A program made the translations under genes and the position numbers. DNA of 64,000 nt from contig CAWGKG010000018.1 in the NCBI GenBank assembly GCA_963823035.1, forward strand, positions 529,823-593,822. Reading direction: 5' to 3'. Positions within the stretch are counted from its first letter, which is position 1. Each line of letters starts with the position of its first letter. The notes beneath the pieces were generated by a model. The model was not told the DNA's origin. It saw only the letters and a list, made by a program, of their open reading frames with translations, and did no database searches. Source of the DNA: an uncultured Gemmatimonadales bacterium. Lineage in GTDB: Bacteria > Gemmatimonadota > Gemmatimonadetes > Longimicrobiales > Gaopeijiaceae. This document shows positions 31,761-43,420 of this stretch, piece after piece.

Positions 31761-32037
31761 GCCGTCCGTCCCCGTCGCCAGCCAGGCACGCAAGCGGCCC
31801 TCCATCTCCCATCGTCCGTAGGTCCCCACCCTGACGATTCGAGACACAACCGCGAAGCGGAGCGTCTCGACCCCCCGGATGGCCGAGGCCCTCGGCAGGG
31901 GGCACGCCCCCGGGGCAATCGGTGGGGCGCAGCGCGCAAGGGTGGAGACGCGAGCCGCGAAGATGCGCCCCACCGCTTAGCGAGCGCGCAAACGAAAGCC
32001 CCCGGAACCGCGAGCGGCCCCGGGGGCACGTGAAGGA

Positions 32038-32119
32038 GGCGATTCGGCTGCGCCCCCAAGGGCGCAGCCGCAATCGCCGACGGGGCTATGCTGCGGGCTC
32101 CGCCCGCAGCATCAGCCCC
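32038..32119. terminator. Twin hairpins downstream of pilC
   Basis: CGGCTGCGCCC-CCAA-GGGCGCAGCCG and GGGGCT.ATGCTGCGGGC...GCCCGCAGCAT.AGCCCC inverted repeats. Confidence 0.55.
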
Positions 32120-33322
32120 CTACTTCACCGCGTTGATCATGTCGAAGATCGGCAGGTACATCGCCACGATCATCCCACCGACCACCACGCCCAGCACCAC
32201 GATCATGATGGGCTCCATGGCGCTCAGCAGGGTCTCGACGGCGGCGTCCACCTCTTCGTCGTAGAAGTCGGCGATCTTCGTGAGCATCTCGTCGAGCCCA
32301 CCGGTCTGCTCGCCGACGTTGATCATCTGCACGACCATCGGCGGGAACACGCCCGACTCCTTCAGCGGGCCGGCGATCGTCTCACCGCCCGCGATCGAGG
32401 CGCGCGATCCCATGACCGCGTCGTGGATCACGCGGTTGCCCGCGGTCTTGGCGGTGATCTCGAGCCCTTCCAGGATGGACACGCCGGACGAGACGAGCGT
32501 GCCGAGCGTGCGCGTGAAGCGCGCCACGGCGGCCTTGCGCTGCAGGTCGCCGAGGATGGGCAGGCTGAGCATGATGCGGTCGATCAGCAGCTCGCCCTGG
32601 TCGGTCTTGTAGAACTGCCGGGTGATGAAGAAGATGGCCGTGAGCCCGACCGCGACGGCCCACCAGTAGCCCTGCAGGAAGGCGCTCATCCCGATCACGA
32701 TGCGCGTCGGCAACGGCAAGGGGATGCCGGCCGAGTCGAACATGCTCTGGAACGTCGGGATCACGAAGATGAGCAGGATCACGATCGCCGACCCGGCCAC
32801 CGAGAAGATCACGGCGGGGTAGACCATCGCGCCCTTGATCTTCCGGAGGAGGGCGTCGTTCTTCTCGAGGAACGTCGCCAGGCGCAGCAGGATCGTGTCC
32901 AGGATACCGCCGGCCTCACCGGCCGCGACCATGTTCACGAAGAGCTCGGTGAAGATCTTGGGGTGCTTGCCCATCGCGTCGGCGAGCGTGTGCCCGGACT
33001 CGACGTCGTAGAGCACGTCCTGGATGGTCTTGCGCAGCGCCGTGTTCTCGGTCTGCTCGGCCAGGATGTCCAGGCTCTGCACCAGCGGCAGCCCGGAGTT
33101 GATCATCGTCGCGAACTGTCGGGTGAAGATGACGACGTCGCGCGTCTTCACCCCCGTCCCGAACGTGATGTTGAATTCCCTGGATTTCTCCCGGACCGAG
33201 ACCGGGATCATCTTCTGCCTGTGTAGATAGGCGAGGACGTCGTCCTTGGAGGCGAGCTCGATCTCGCCGGACTGGATGTCTCCGCCGGTGGCGGGTCTCG
33301 CCGAATATGCGAAGGTGGGCAT
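32120..33322 (-). CDS. pilC: Type IV pilus platform protein
   Basis: FTRQFATMINSGLPL, AGEAGGILD, MINVGEQTGGLD, AMYLPIF. Confidence 0.95.
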   Translation of the reverse strand: MPTFAYSARPATGGDIQSGEIELASKDDVLAYLHRQKMIPVSVREKSREFNITFGTGVKTRDVVIFTRQFATMINSGLPLVQSLDILAEQTENTALRKTIQDVLYDVESGHTLADAMGKHPKIFTELFVNMVAAGEAGGILDTILLRLATFLEKNDALLRKIKGAMVYPAVIFSVAGSAIVILLIFVIPTFQSMFDSAGIPLPLPTRIVIGMSAFLQGYWWAVAVGLTAIFFITRQFYKTDQGELLIDRIMLSLPILGDLQRKAAVARFTRTLGTLVSSGVSILEGLEITAKTAGNRVIHDAVMGSRASIAGGETIAGPLKESGVFPPMVVQMINVGEQTGGLDEMLTKIADFYDEEVDAAVETLLSAMEPIMIVVLGVVVGGMIVAMYLPIFDMINAVK

Positions 33323-33354
33323 GTTCTCCTACCTGATGGCCTGCGTGGACGGCA

Positions 33355-34485
33355 TCACGACTGCATGGTCGAGGGTACGGGCTCTCCAACCGCACGCAGC
33401 AGCTCGGCGGGATCGCCCGAGCGCTTGAGCGCTTCCTCCAACGCCACTTCTCCCCTTATGTAGAGCATCTGGAGCGCGTCGTTCATCGTCTGCATGCCGT
33501 GCTTCTTGCCGGCCTGCATGAGCGAGTAGATCTGGTGGATCTTCTCGTCGCGGATGACCGCGCGGATCGCCGGGGTGCAGATCATGATCTCGCACGCGGC
33601 GACACGCCCCTTCCCCTTCGCCCGGGGAAGCAGCGTCTGCGTGACCACGCCCTCGAGCACGAACGCGAGCTGAGCGCGGATCTGCGCCTGCTGGTGCGCC
33701 GGGAAGGCGTCGATCATGCGGTTGATGGACTCGGCCGCCGAGTTGGTGTGCAGCGTGGCGAACACGAGGTGTCCGGTCTCGGCGATCGTGAGCGCCGCGG
33801 AGATCGTCTCCAGATCCCGCATCTCGCCGATGAGGATGACGTCGGGGTCCTGCCGCAGCGCGTACTTGAGCGCCGCGCTGAAGCTCTTGGTGTCCGCCCC
33901 CACCTCCCGCTGGTTGATCATGCAGTTCTGGTGGCGGTGGATGAACTCGATGGGGTCCTCGATCGTGATGATGTGACCCTTCCGCTCTCGGTTCACCTTG
34001 TCGACCATGGCGGCGAGCGTGGTCGACTTCCCGGAACCGGTGGGTCCGGTCACGAGCACGAGGCCGCGGGGCCGGTCGGCGAGCTTGTTGATGATCGGCG
34101 GCAGGCCGAGCTGCTGGATCGAGATGATCTCGTAGGGGATCTGCCGGATGGCCATCGCCACGCAGCCGCGCTGCTTGTAGACGTTTCCCCGGAAGCGCGA
34201 CAGGTTCTGGACGCCGAACGAGAAGTCGAGCTCGTCCTCCGTCTCGAAGCGCTTCTTCTGGTTCTCCGTCAGGATCGAGTACGCCAGGGACAACGTGTCC
34301 TTGGGCGTGAGCACGTGGTTGATCCGGGAGCTCGTCAGGTCCCCGTCCACACGCAGCTTCGGCGGGTTACCGACGGTGATGTGGAGATCGGACGCCCCGC
34401 GCTGGATCATCTCCTGGAGAAGAAGCCTGAGACTGAGCTCCTGCTGCTGCTGCGGCTGACCAGTCTGCCCGGCCGGCTGATTCAT
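33355..34485 (-). CDS. pilT: Type IV pilus retraction ATPase
   Basis: GPTGSGKSTT, ITIEDPIE, LRQDPDVILIGEMRD, AETGHLVFATLHT, AIRAVIRD, GMQTM. Confidence 0.96.
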   Translation of the reverse strand: MNQPAGQTGQPQQQQELSLRLLLQEMIQRGASDLHITVGNPPKLRVDGDLTSSRINHVLTPKDTLSLAYSILTENQKKRFETEDELDFSFGVQNLSRFRGNVYKQRGCVAMAIRQIPYEIISIQQLGLPPIINKLADRPRGLVLVTGPTGSGKSTTLAAMVDKVNRERKGHIITIEDPIEFIHRHQNCMINQREVGADTKSFSAALKYALRQDPDVILIGEMRDLETISAALTIAETGHLVFATLHTNSAAESINRMIDAFPAHQQAQIRAQLAFVLEGVVTQTLLPRAKGKGRVAACEIMICTPAIRAVIRDEKIHQIYSLMQAGKKHGMQTMNDALQMLYIRGEVALEEALKRSGDPAELLRAVGEPVPSTMQS

Positions 34486-34522
34486 TCAGCGTTCCCTGTT
34501 CAGAGGTTGGCCCGCGCCCCGC

Positions 34523-36246
34523 TCATTCGGCGACGCTGGTCTCCTTCACGACTTCGTCCAGCGTGGTCGAGCCCCGCTCCACCTTCTTCAAGCCGTCCTC
34601 GCGCAGGGTGAGCATCCCCTCCGAGCACGCGAGGTCCCGGATCTCGTCCGTGCTGGCTTCCCGCATGATCGCCTTGCGCAGCGCCGAGGTCATGATCATG
34701 ACCTCGTAGAAGCCGGACCGACCCTTGTAGCCGGTGCCGCCACACGCGTCGCATCCCTTGCCCTTGTAGAACGTCTGCTTGTGCGCCCAGTCGAGCGAGA
34801 TCTTCGCCGATTGGAGATACTCCTCCTCGTAGGTCGTCTCGACCTTGCAGTTGTTGCAGATGCGGCGAGCGAGCCGCTGCGCCGAGACGAGGTTGAGGGC
34901 GGAAGCGACGTTGAACGGCTCGAGCCCCATGTCGATGAGACGGGTCACGGTCGAGGGCGTGTCGTTCGTGTGCAGCGTGGACAACACGAGGTGGCCGGTG
35001 AGCGATGCCTTGATCGCGATGCCGCCCGTCTCGATGTCGCGGATCTCGCCGACCATGATGATGTTCGGGTCCTGGCGCAGGAACGCGCGCAGCGCGGCCG
35101 CGAAGGTCATCCCGATCTCGGTGCGGACGAGGACCTGGTTGATCCCGTAGATGTTGTACTCGACGGGGTCCTCGGCCGTCATGATGTTCGTGTCGATCGT
35201 GTTGATCTGCGACAGCGCCGAGTAGAGGGTGGTGGTCTTCCCGGAGCCGGTGGGTCCGGTCACGAGCACCATCCCGTAGGGCCGCTGGATGGCCCACATG
35301 AAGTCCCGCTCCGCCTTCGGCTCGAACCCGAACTTGGTCAGGTCGAAGGTGAGGTTCCCCTTGTCGAGAATCCGGAGCACGATCTTCTCGCCGAAGATCA
35401 CGGGCAGCGTGGAGACGCGGAAATCCACCACGCGCTTCTTCATCTTCAGCTTGATGCGCCCGTCCTGCGGCACGCGCCGCTCGGCGATGTTCAGGTCCGC
35501 CAGGATCTTGATGCGCGAGGTGAGCGCCGCCTTCATCTTCATCGGCGGCTTCATGACCTCCAGCAGCGAGCCGTCGATCCGGTAGCGGATCCGCACCTCC
35601 TTCTCGTACGGCTCGATGTGGATGTCGGACGCGCCCTTCAACACGGCGTCCGTGAGCAGCCCGTTGATGAACTTCACCACGGGGGCGGAGTCCACCTCCG
35701 CCTGGAGGGCCGCCATGGAGACGTCCTCGGCCTGCTCTTCGAGCACCTCCACGTCGGACTCGCCGAACTCCTCGAGGAGGTTGCTCATCGCCTCGTCCTC
35801 CGTCGCACCGTAGTAGTTCTCCAGGTGCTTGCGGAGGGTGTACTCGCCGACGATGACGGGCTCGATGTCGAGCTTGGTGATGAACTTCAGGTCGTCGATC
35901 GCGCTGAAGTCCGTCGGGTTGGTCATGGCCACCGTCAGCATCCGACCCATCCGACGGAGGGGCAAAACCAGATGTTTATGGGCGACCTCGGCGAGCGATC
36001 AGCTTCAGGATCTTCTCGTCGACGGAAACCTTGTCGAGGTCGACGGCCGGGACGCGGTATTGCTTGGCCAGCATACGCGTCAGCTCCTCCTCCGCCACGA
36101 AGCCGAGCTTGACCAGCGCAGTACCCGATGCGCGTACCGCTGGTCTTGGCGTCGGCCAGGGCCTCCTGGAGCTGCTGGTCGGTGATGAGCCCTTCGCGAA
36201 CGAAGAGATCCCCGAGCCGGATTTCCTGGGCGACCTTCGCTGACAT
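34523..36246 (-). CDS. pilB: Type IV pilus assembly ATPase (frameshifts near 36120 and 35990)
   Basis: N-terminal RLGDLFV..GLIT..QL..AL; ASDIHIEP, ERRVPQDGR, GPTGSGKTTT, LRQDPNIIMVGEIRD, Zn-binding CxxC pairs. Confidence 0.93.
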
Positions 36247-36371
36247 CGACAACGCCGATCCTTCTGGGGAAGGGGAGCGGAGAGGTTCCTCGCCAATGTC
36301 AACGATACGGAAAGGCTCCCACGCCGTACAAGAGAACTTTTTCCAAAACTCCGCGCCACCCGCGGCCGGCC

Positions 36372-37056
36372 TCACCTCCCCACCGTCACATGCCCACCGA
36401 GTCGGGCGACGGTGGCCGGCCCGATTCCGCGCACGCGCGTGAGATCCTCGACCGACCGGAAGGGCCGCTCCCGCCTGGCCTCGACGATCCTGCGCGCCAG
36501 CGACGGACCGATGCCCGGCAGGGTCTGGAGGGCAGCCTCGTCGGCCCGATTGACGTCCACCGGCGCGGGCTCGGACGCTCGCTTGCGCGTCGTGGCCTCC
36601 GGCGGCGGCGCGTCGCCCGAGCGCCGGGCCGGCGCCCTCCGGGCAGGGCCCGCGCGGAGGGGCTCGGGAGAAGTCCAACTGGCCCCGGATCCGCCCGAGC
36701 GCCGCCGGCCCGAGCCCCCGCACCCGCGCCAGATCCTCCGCCCGCGAGAAGGGCCCCTCCCGTTCCCGTGACGCTACGATCGCGTCCGCCGTCGCCGGGC
36801 CGATGCCGGGAAGCCGGTCGAGCTGGGCGGCCGTCGCGCGGTTGGGATCGAGCCGCTCCCCCTTCCCGAGCGGGCGCGCCCGCTCCTCCGCGTCGGCCAC
36901 CGCCACCCGGCTCCGCTCGAGAAGCTCGGGGAGGGCGTCCTCCGTGTCCGGTCCGAGGGGAGCCGCGCCCGCCGCCCGCCAGCCCCACCGCAGGGTGCTG
37001 GCCAGGAGGAGGAGGACGGCGGCGCGCCCGAGGGCGCGGGTCTCGGCGTCGGACAT
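36372..37056 (-). CDS. comEA: ComEA-like helix-hairpin-helix DNA-binding protein (frameshift near 36600-36650)
   Basis: Two HHH_3 units: LDPNRA...LDRLPGIGPA and DVNRAD...LQTLPGIGPSLA; N-terminal TM segment. Confidence 0.8.
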
Positions 37057-37110
37057 GGAGGAAGCTCCCCCGCCCGGCGGGACCGCGGAATGCCCGGAAG
37101 GGCGATCGCG

Positions 37111-40100
37111 TCAACGGAGCGGCGCGACCGGCAGGACCCCGGCCGAGAACTGGAGCTGGCCGAAGATCCCGACCTGGAACTGCGTGGAGCCTGTCTCCTG
37201 CCCCACGAACGACTGGCGGTCGTCGTAGCTCATCTGCAACCCGACCTCGAGGCCGTTGACGCTGGTGTCGAGCAACAGGCTCAGGCTCCGCCGGATCTGG
37301 TCGAGGAAGGGGACGCAACGATCCTTGGTGACCGTGGTGCGGCAGTCGCGCTCGGCGGTGTAGCCGGCCAACAAGGACAGGCGGATGGGTCGGTCGAGCC
37401 GTGCGCTCCAGGGACCGGGCGGCAGGATCTGCGAGCTCACGGACAATCGGTGGCTGTGGTCGGTGCGGTCGGTGTCGCCCGTGGGGTCGCGCGCCGTCCC
37501 GTCCCTGAAGGCCCCCCTGTAGGAGGTGACCAGCGAGCCGATCCACGTGATCGAGATGTCCACGGGAACCTGGATGTCGCGCTGCGTGCGGGTTTGCAGG
37601 CCGCGGCCGCCGTAGATGATGCGCCGGTCGTTGCGCGTGTAGCCGGACGAGAGGCTGATCCGCTGGATGCCGGTGAAGCTGGGCAGGCGGATGGGTGGCA
37701 GCGTGGTGCGCACGTCCGGCCATCGCTTCTGGTCGATGCGCCGATCGCTGCGCGTATCCAGCGTGGTCGCCTCGGAGCGCTGGTAGCCGACGTCCAGCGC
37801 CGTGCCGCCGGGGAGACGGAGGCCGGAGGAGAGCGTCCACGACGCGCGATCGGTGAGCGTGGCTGCCGTGTCCCCGTCGAGGAAGCGAAAGTCGTCCGTG
37901 CTTCCGAGCCCGAGCTGATAGCCGAAGCCGGGCACCACGGGGTCGCGGTGGAAGCGTGAGACGAGCCCATCCTGGTAGGTCGCGGAGAAGGGGCGGACGG
38001 CGGCCAGCATCCCGCGCAACTGCGTGGTGCCCGGATCCTCCCCCCGCACCGCCGCCCCGAGGAGGCTCTCCGCGAGGAGCCCCGGATCGAGGGAGAAGAG
38101 CGCGGTCCAGTCCCGCTGCGCCTGAGCGTTGCGGGTGAGCGCGAACACGGTGTCGGAGGCGAGCTCGTGCCGGAGCACGTAGTTCGCGTTCCGATCGGAG
38201 CCGTACAGCGTGGTCCACGTCAGGTCGTTGCGCAGCCATCGGAAGAAGCGGGGGCGGAACCCGAGGCGGGTGCGCAGCGTCCGGTTCGTCTCCCACCCGA
38301 CGTCGATGCCGGTGAGCCGAGCGCGCTCCGCGCGGATGAGGTCCTGGATCCGCGGATCGGTCACGGCCTCCTCGGAGGGGAGGAGGTCGCGCGTGGACAG
38401 GAAGGTGAGCCCGGCGTCGAGCGCTTCGAGCGGGCGGAAGCGGAGGTCCGCGGCCGTCTCCAGCGTCTCGCGCGGCGCGAGCGTGGCCGTGGCGAGGGAG
38501 TCGTCGGGAAGCTGGATGATCTGCTCGTAGCGGGTGATGCGGCTGTCCTGGCGGAGGAACGACGTTCCGAGCGAGACGCGCTCGGGCGTCCACCGGAAGC
38601 GAGCGTCCACGACCGGGTCCTCGAGGAATCCGGGAAGGATCGCGCGCAGGGCCCCCTCGGCGAAGCCGGGCACGAGCGCGAAGTCCCGCCGCTCCGGCTG
38701 GCGCGTCCACCCGAGGCCGGCGGTGAGGGCGTCCACCTCGCTCTCGGTGGTGACCGTGGAGCCGCGGCTCGTGGTGTACGCCGCGCGCGCGTCGAGCCCG
38801 TCCACCACCAGGCCCACCCACGGGTTGGCCGTGCGCGTGCTCTTGCGGAAGGCCACGCCGACCCGACTGCGGCGGGACCGCGTGGGACGCAGGTTGCGGA
38901 TGTTGTCGGCGCGCACGTCCGAGTTGGACAGGAACGTCGGGTCCTGGCTGGTGTGGTCGAGGCTGTAGGTGAGGGGCACCTCGATGCCCCACGACACGGG
39001 TGCCCACCGGTCGAGGCGCAGCGTGGACGTCAGCGAGAGGGAGCGGTCCGTCTGGTAGGTCGGCTCGTCGCGGAGCTGCTGGAAGAGCGCTCCCCGGTTC
39101 GTGTACGTCAGCCGCGCGGAGAGCACGCCCGCACCGTCGAGCACGGCCTCCATCGACGTCGCCACGCCCGCGTCGCGCACCGGACGGCCGAGGCGCAGCT
39201 CGTCGATCCAGATCTCGCCGGAGAGGGATGTCTCGCCCTCGTTGAGCACGCCCATCGACAGCTCGCGCACGTGCGCGAGGTCGGGGGCGCGCCCCCGGTC
39301 CTTGAGCACCACCGCGTAGGAGGAATCGGCGGACCAGACCGCCAAGGGCGGGTCGCCCGGTCCCGGCGGCTCGAGCACGAGCTGCTCCTCCGCGCGCTGG
39401 CGCAGGTCGAACCACTCGGGGAAGTCGACCACCACCTCCGGCTGCCAATCGCTCCCGTCCAGGGCCAGGCCCCCCGGGCTCGTCGGGGGTCCGAGGCGCG
39501 TCCGGTACAGGTAGAAGTTCTCCCCGTCGGTGCCGACCTTCACGAAGAAGTAGGTGGGTCGCTCGGGGCCGAAGTCCCCCGAGCGCGGCACCACCCACAC
39601 GCGCAGCTGGCGGTAGGTGAGGAAGTTGCGCGGCCGCTGCGGAAAGCGCTGGTAGACCTCGGCGCGCGTGCCGGGGTCCACGCTCTCGAAGGTGAGGCCG
39701 AGCGACTTCTCGTTGATCTCGATCCCCTGCCCCGCGAACCCGGTGGTGGGGTCGACGAGCTCCTCCACCACGTGGGGGGGCGACACGTAGGCGCCGCCTT
39801 CCGTCACCTTGGACACGGTGCCCACCTCCAGGCGGCCGATCCCGGAGAGCGTGTCCCCGCCCACGCCGCGCAGGAGACCTTCCCCGGCGCGCTTGATCCA
39901 ACGCGACCCCACGAGGCGCATACGTGCGATCTGCAGACGCTCCGTCCGCTCCCCGGCCACCGTGACGCGCATGTGCTTCACGGCACGCAGGTCGGCGTCC
40001 GTGATCGTGCCACCCACCTCGACGGCGTCGGGGCCGCGGATGGGGATGCGGTAGAGCTGGAACTCCGTCCCGGTCTGCGCACGCGTCCGGGCGAGGAAGG

Positions 40101-43100
40101 GGGAGGAGCCGTTCAGGCGCACCACGTAGCGGAGGTGGCGCTCGTTGGTGTCCAGGTTCCCGTCCCCGTCGAGGTCCTCCGAGTCGCGTCGCCCGTTGCC
40201 TGCCGTGCAGATCGCGCGCGTATCACCCGGGCGATAGATGCGGCCGGGCTCGGCCAGGCACCCCTCCGGCCATACCCCCTCCTTGTCGGCGGTGCTGTTC
40301 CAGATCTCGCCGCGCGCCGGGTCCGCCTCCTGGTCGAGGATCGTCAGCCCCCACGGCTCGCCGGTGTCCTGCCGCGTGCCGAGGGTGTTGCCCAGCGGAT
40401 CGATGAAGAAGGCGTCCTCGCTCACCGAGCCGAGATCCACCACCAGGGTGAGCGATGGCCCCTGCGCCACGTAGAACTCGAGGAAGTCCGTCTTGGTCAG
40501 GTCCAGCCCGGTGGTCGACAGCGCGGTCGTGAAGGAGCGCCATGCCGGCCGGTTGAGCGGCCCTCTGCCGAAGGACACGAGGAGCCCGGCCTCGCGGGCG
40601 GCGGAGCCCGCCACGCTGATCGCCGTGTCGATCTGCTGCGGGAAGTACCCCTCGTGCACGCCGACCGAGTCGCCGAGGGGCGTCTCCACCACCCAGTTGT
40701 GCTGCCAGACGAGCGGCGCCGCGGTCGTCGCGTCCAGCACGGGGGGCAGCACCTCCGCCGCCGCGTCCAGGGAGGTGGGCGCGCTCCCGAGCTGCCAGTC
40801 GGCGGACAGGAGGGAGACGGGCACCTCCGCCGCGGCGTCGAAGTCGTCGACGAAGGCGTTGCCCCGCGTGTTCGGGTTCGGGAGCGAGACGGCCAGCTCT
40901 CCGTTCACCGAAAGGGACGTGGTGCCGTCCAGACGCAGCCCCGGGAGGCGATCCAGGAGCCGGTCCATCCAGTGGATCGGCGTCGAGACGTTGCCGCCGA
41001 GCCCCCCCATGAGCGCCGCCCCCGGCTCGGTGCCGAGCTGCGGCCGCCGAACCACCGTGCGCTCCGACCGGTAGAGCGTGAGGAAGTCGATACCGCCCGC
41101 CGAGCCGAGCGCCGCGTGGGTCCGCAGCCCGAACACCTGCGTGGGCGATACCTGGAAGAGGGAGCGCTGCTCCCAGGTGGCCCGCACCGCCGCGTCCGGG
41201 TTGGTGGTGAAGAGCTGCTCGGGCTCGAGGAGCGTCACCTGGCCGAGGTCGTAGTCGATCTGGTAGTCCACGTCCCGCGCCAGGAGGCGATCGCCGAGCC
41301 AGATGCGCTCGCTGCCGTCGCGGATGCCGAGCGCACCGAGGGAGAAGGAGGAGATCACCCCCTCGCTCCGGATCCGGTACGACATCGTCAACCGGAAGAG
41401 GCCCGCGGCATCGCGCTCGTAGGGATCCTCCTCCTCGTAGATCCGCCGGTTGGCGTCGGCGCCCAGGACGTCCGGCCGTCTCCGAGGCCGTGAGCCCGAG
41501 GGAGGGCAGCGGCGGAGGCTCCGCGAAGGGGCGCAGCGTCGGGAAGATGACGTAGGTCCCCTGCACCGGCGGCTGGTCGAGGAAGGAGTCGGCGCCGGGC
41601 GAGAAGACGAAGGCGAGATCGAGCACCTCCAGCGGCGACTCCTCGTCGAGCCCGAAGAGGCGCAGGAAGGTCAGGTCGTCCCCGGACGGGCCCCGCTTGA
41701 ACGTCCTGCCCGCGGACAGCTCACCGAGGGAGACCGTGAGGTCCACGGAGCCCGGCTCCACATCGTTCGAGCCGGATACCCGATAGACCTCGTGCATCTC
41801 CTGGTCCCACGTGGGCCGGCCCGGCTGGTGGTTCGCGCCCGAGGCCTTCAGGAGCTTGAGGGTCGGCCGTACCCCCACGTTGTGCAGCCGCTCGGGGTTG
41901 TAGTCCCCGACCGTGTCGCCGGTCGCCGTGATGTAGGTGACGGCCAGCATCTCCTCGTTGCGCAGCGGCGTGCGCAGCGCGATCCACAGGCCCGACGGGT
42001 GGACGTAGTAGTCGACGCCGGGCTGCAGGTAGCGGAACCACCCGGACTCCTTCACGGTGGCCCCGTCGGGCCCCACGGCCTCGGCATCGGCCTGGATGAA
42101 GCCCTCCACCTGCTGGCGCAGGACGGGGTCGTCCTCGAAGCGGTAGAGCTGGATCGGGTCCGGGCCGGGCGCCACGTCGGGCGGCGCGGAGGCGGGGTCG
42201 AGGGCGAGCGCGTCGACGTGCGGATAGCGGTCGATCGTCCTCGGATCGACCAGGAAGAAGAACTGGCCGCGCGCGTAGTCCGCGTCGTCCACCACCAGCG
42301 TGTCCTCCTGCACGAAGGCGCGCTGGTCGCCGAAGCCGGTGAGGTGGAACTCCCTCGAGTTGAGGTCTCCGCGCTGTTGCGCCCACACCGTCTGGAAATC
42401 GAGGGGGCCGAGCTGCCCTTCGGCCTGGAAGCCGAAGTTGCCGGCCGGGATGCCCTCGGTCAGGAATCGCGAGCTCGGGAGGTTGAACGTGACGTCTCCG
42501 ACCTCGAGGCGCCGAAGGATGTCGTCCTCCGCGCCCTGGTAGAAGATGTTGATCCGGTTGGCGGCGTCGAACTCCCGGGCCTGGTCGAAGTCCACGTCCA
42601 CCTGGACGCGATCGAGGAGGGTGCCGGCCACCTGGACCCCGAACTGGACCTCCGGGCTGAGCTGCGGGATGAGCGTGGGGTTGCAGCTCGTCTTGAGCTG
42701 GAGGTCGCAGGGCTCGTAGCGGGACCAGTCGCCCCCGAGCTCCATGCGGCTGCGCACCTGGAGGGCCAGGTCGGCGAAGTCGGTGACGAAGCGCGGCAGC
42801 TCGCCCTCCGCGGGCGCGGCGGCCGCGATCCGTGTGGGCGGCGCTTCGGGCGTCGGGAGGAAGAACGTCGTGTCCGACGGGGGGGTGCCCCACTCCCGGA
42901 TGCGCGTGCGCAGCAGCTCCGCCGTGCGCACGTCGGGATCCAGGAGCCGCTCCAGCATCTCGGTCCACCGCCTCCCCACGGGCTCACCCGGCAGGAGGGG
43001 CGGGCGGACCAGGCGCAGGCTGCCGCCCGCGTCCACGGGGATGCGGCGCAGGCCGAGCCGGACGTGCGGCTGCGTGGAGTCCGCGGTGAGCCCACTGCGC

Positions 43101-43256
43101 ACCGACGCGGGAGGACGCTCGAGATCGGGACGCAGGATGGTGTCGCGCTACGGCCGTCCGCACGGAGGGCGCGTCGGCCGGGGGCTCGGCGCGGCGGGGG
43201 TCCTCTCCCCGGGGGGTGCCCACGAACAGGGCCAGGAGAAGGAGGCGGATCAGCAC
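37111..43256 (-). CDS. sprA: SprA-like large outer-membrane beta-barrel protein (frameshifts near 43100-43200 and 41470)
   Basis: INIFYQG.EDDILRRLEVGDV, DYQIDYDLGQV, DSEDLDGDGNLD, GEIWIDELRL, C-terminal GQLQF; signal peptide at GTG 43256. Confidence 0.8.
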
Positions 43257-43420
43257 GAAATCGTTGTCAGCACACGAACCGTAGGGGGCGCGCGGGTGTA
43301 CGCAACCATCGTCGCCCTCGAAGCGCGGAGGTGATCCGCCTTGAGGCGACGTGCCCGACGAGACTAGCTTGGCGCGCCGTCCGGCCTGTCGACGCCGATT
43401 CGAGGAACGCCGCGATGCGG

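Noticed and set aside
31640..32165. CRISPR array or DGR template/variable repeat
   Set aside because: Only two copies, no spacer periodicity, no cas or reverse transcriptase gene, and mismatches are not adenine-specific
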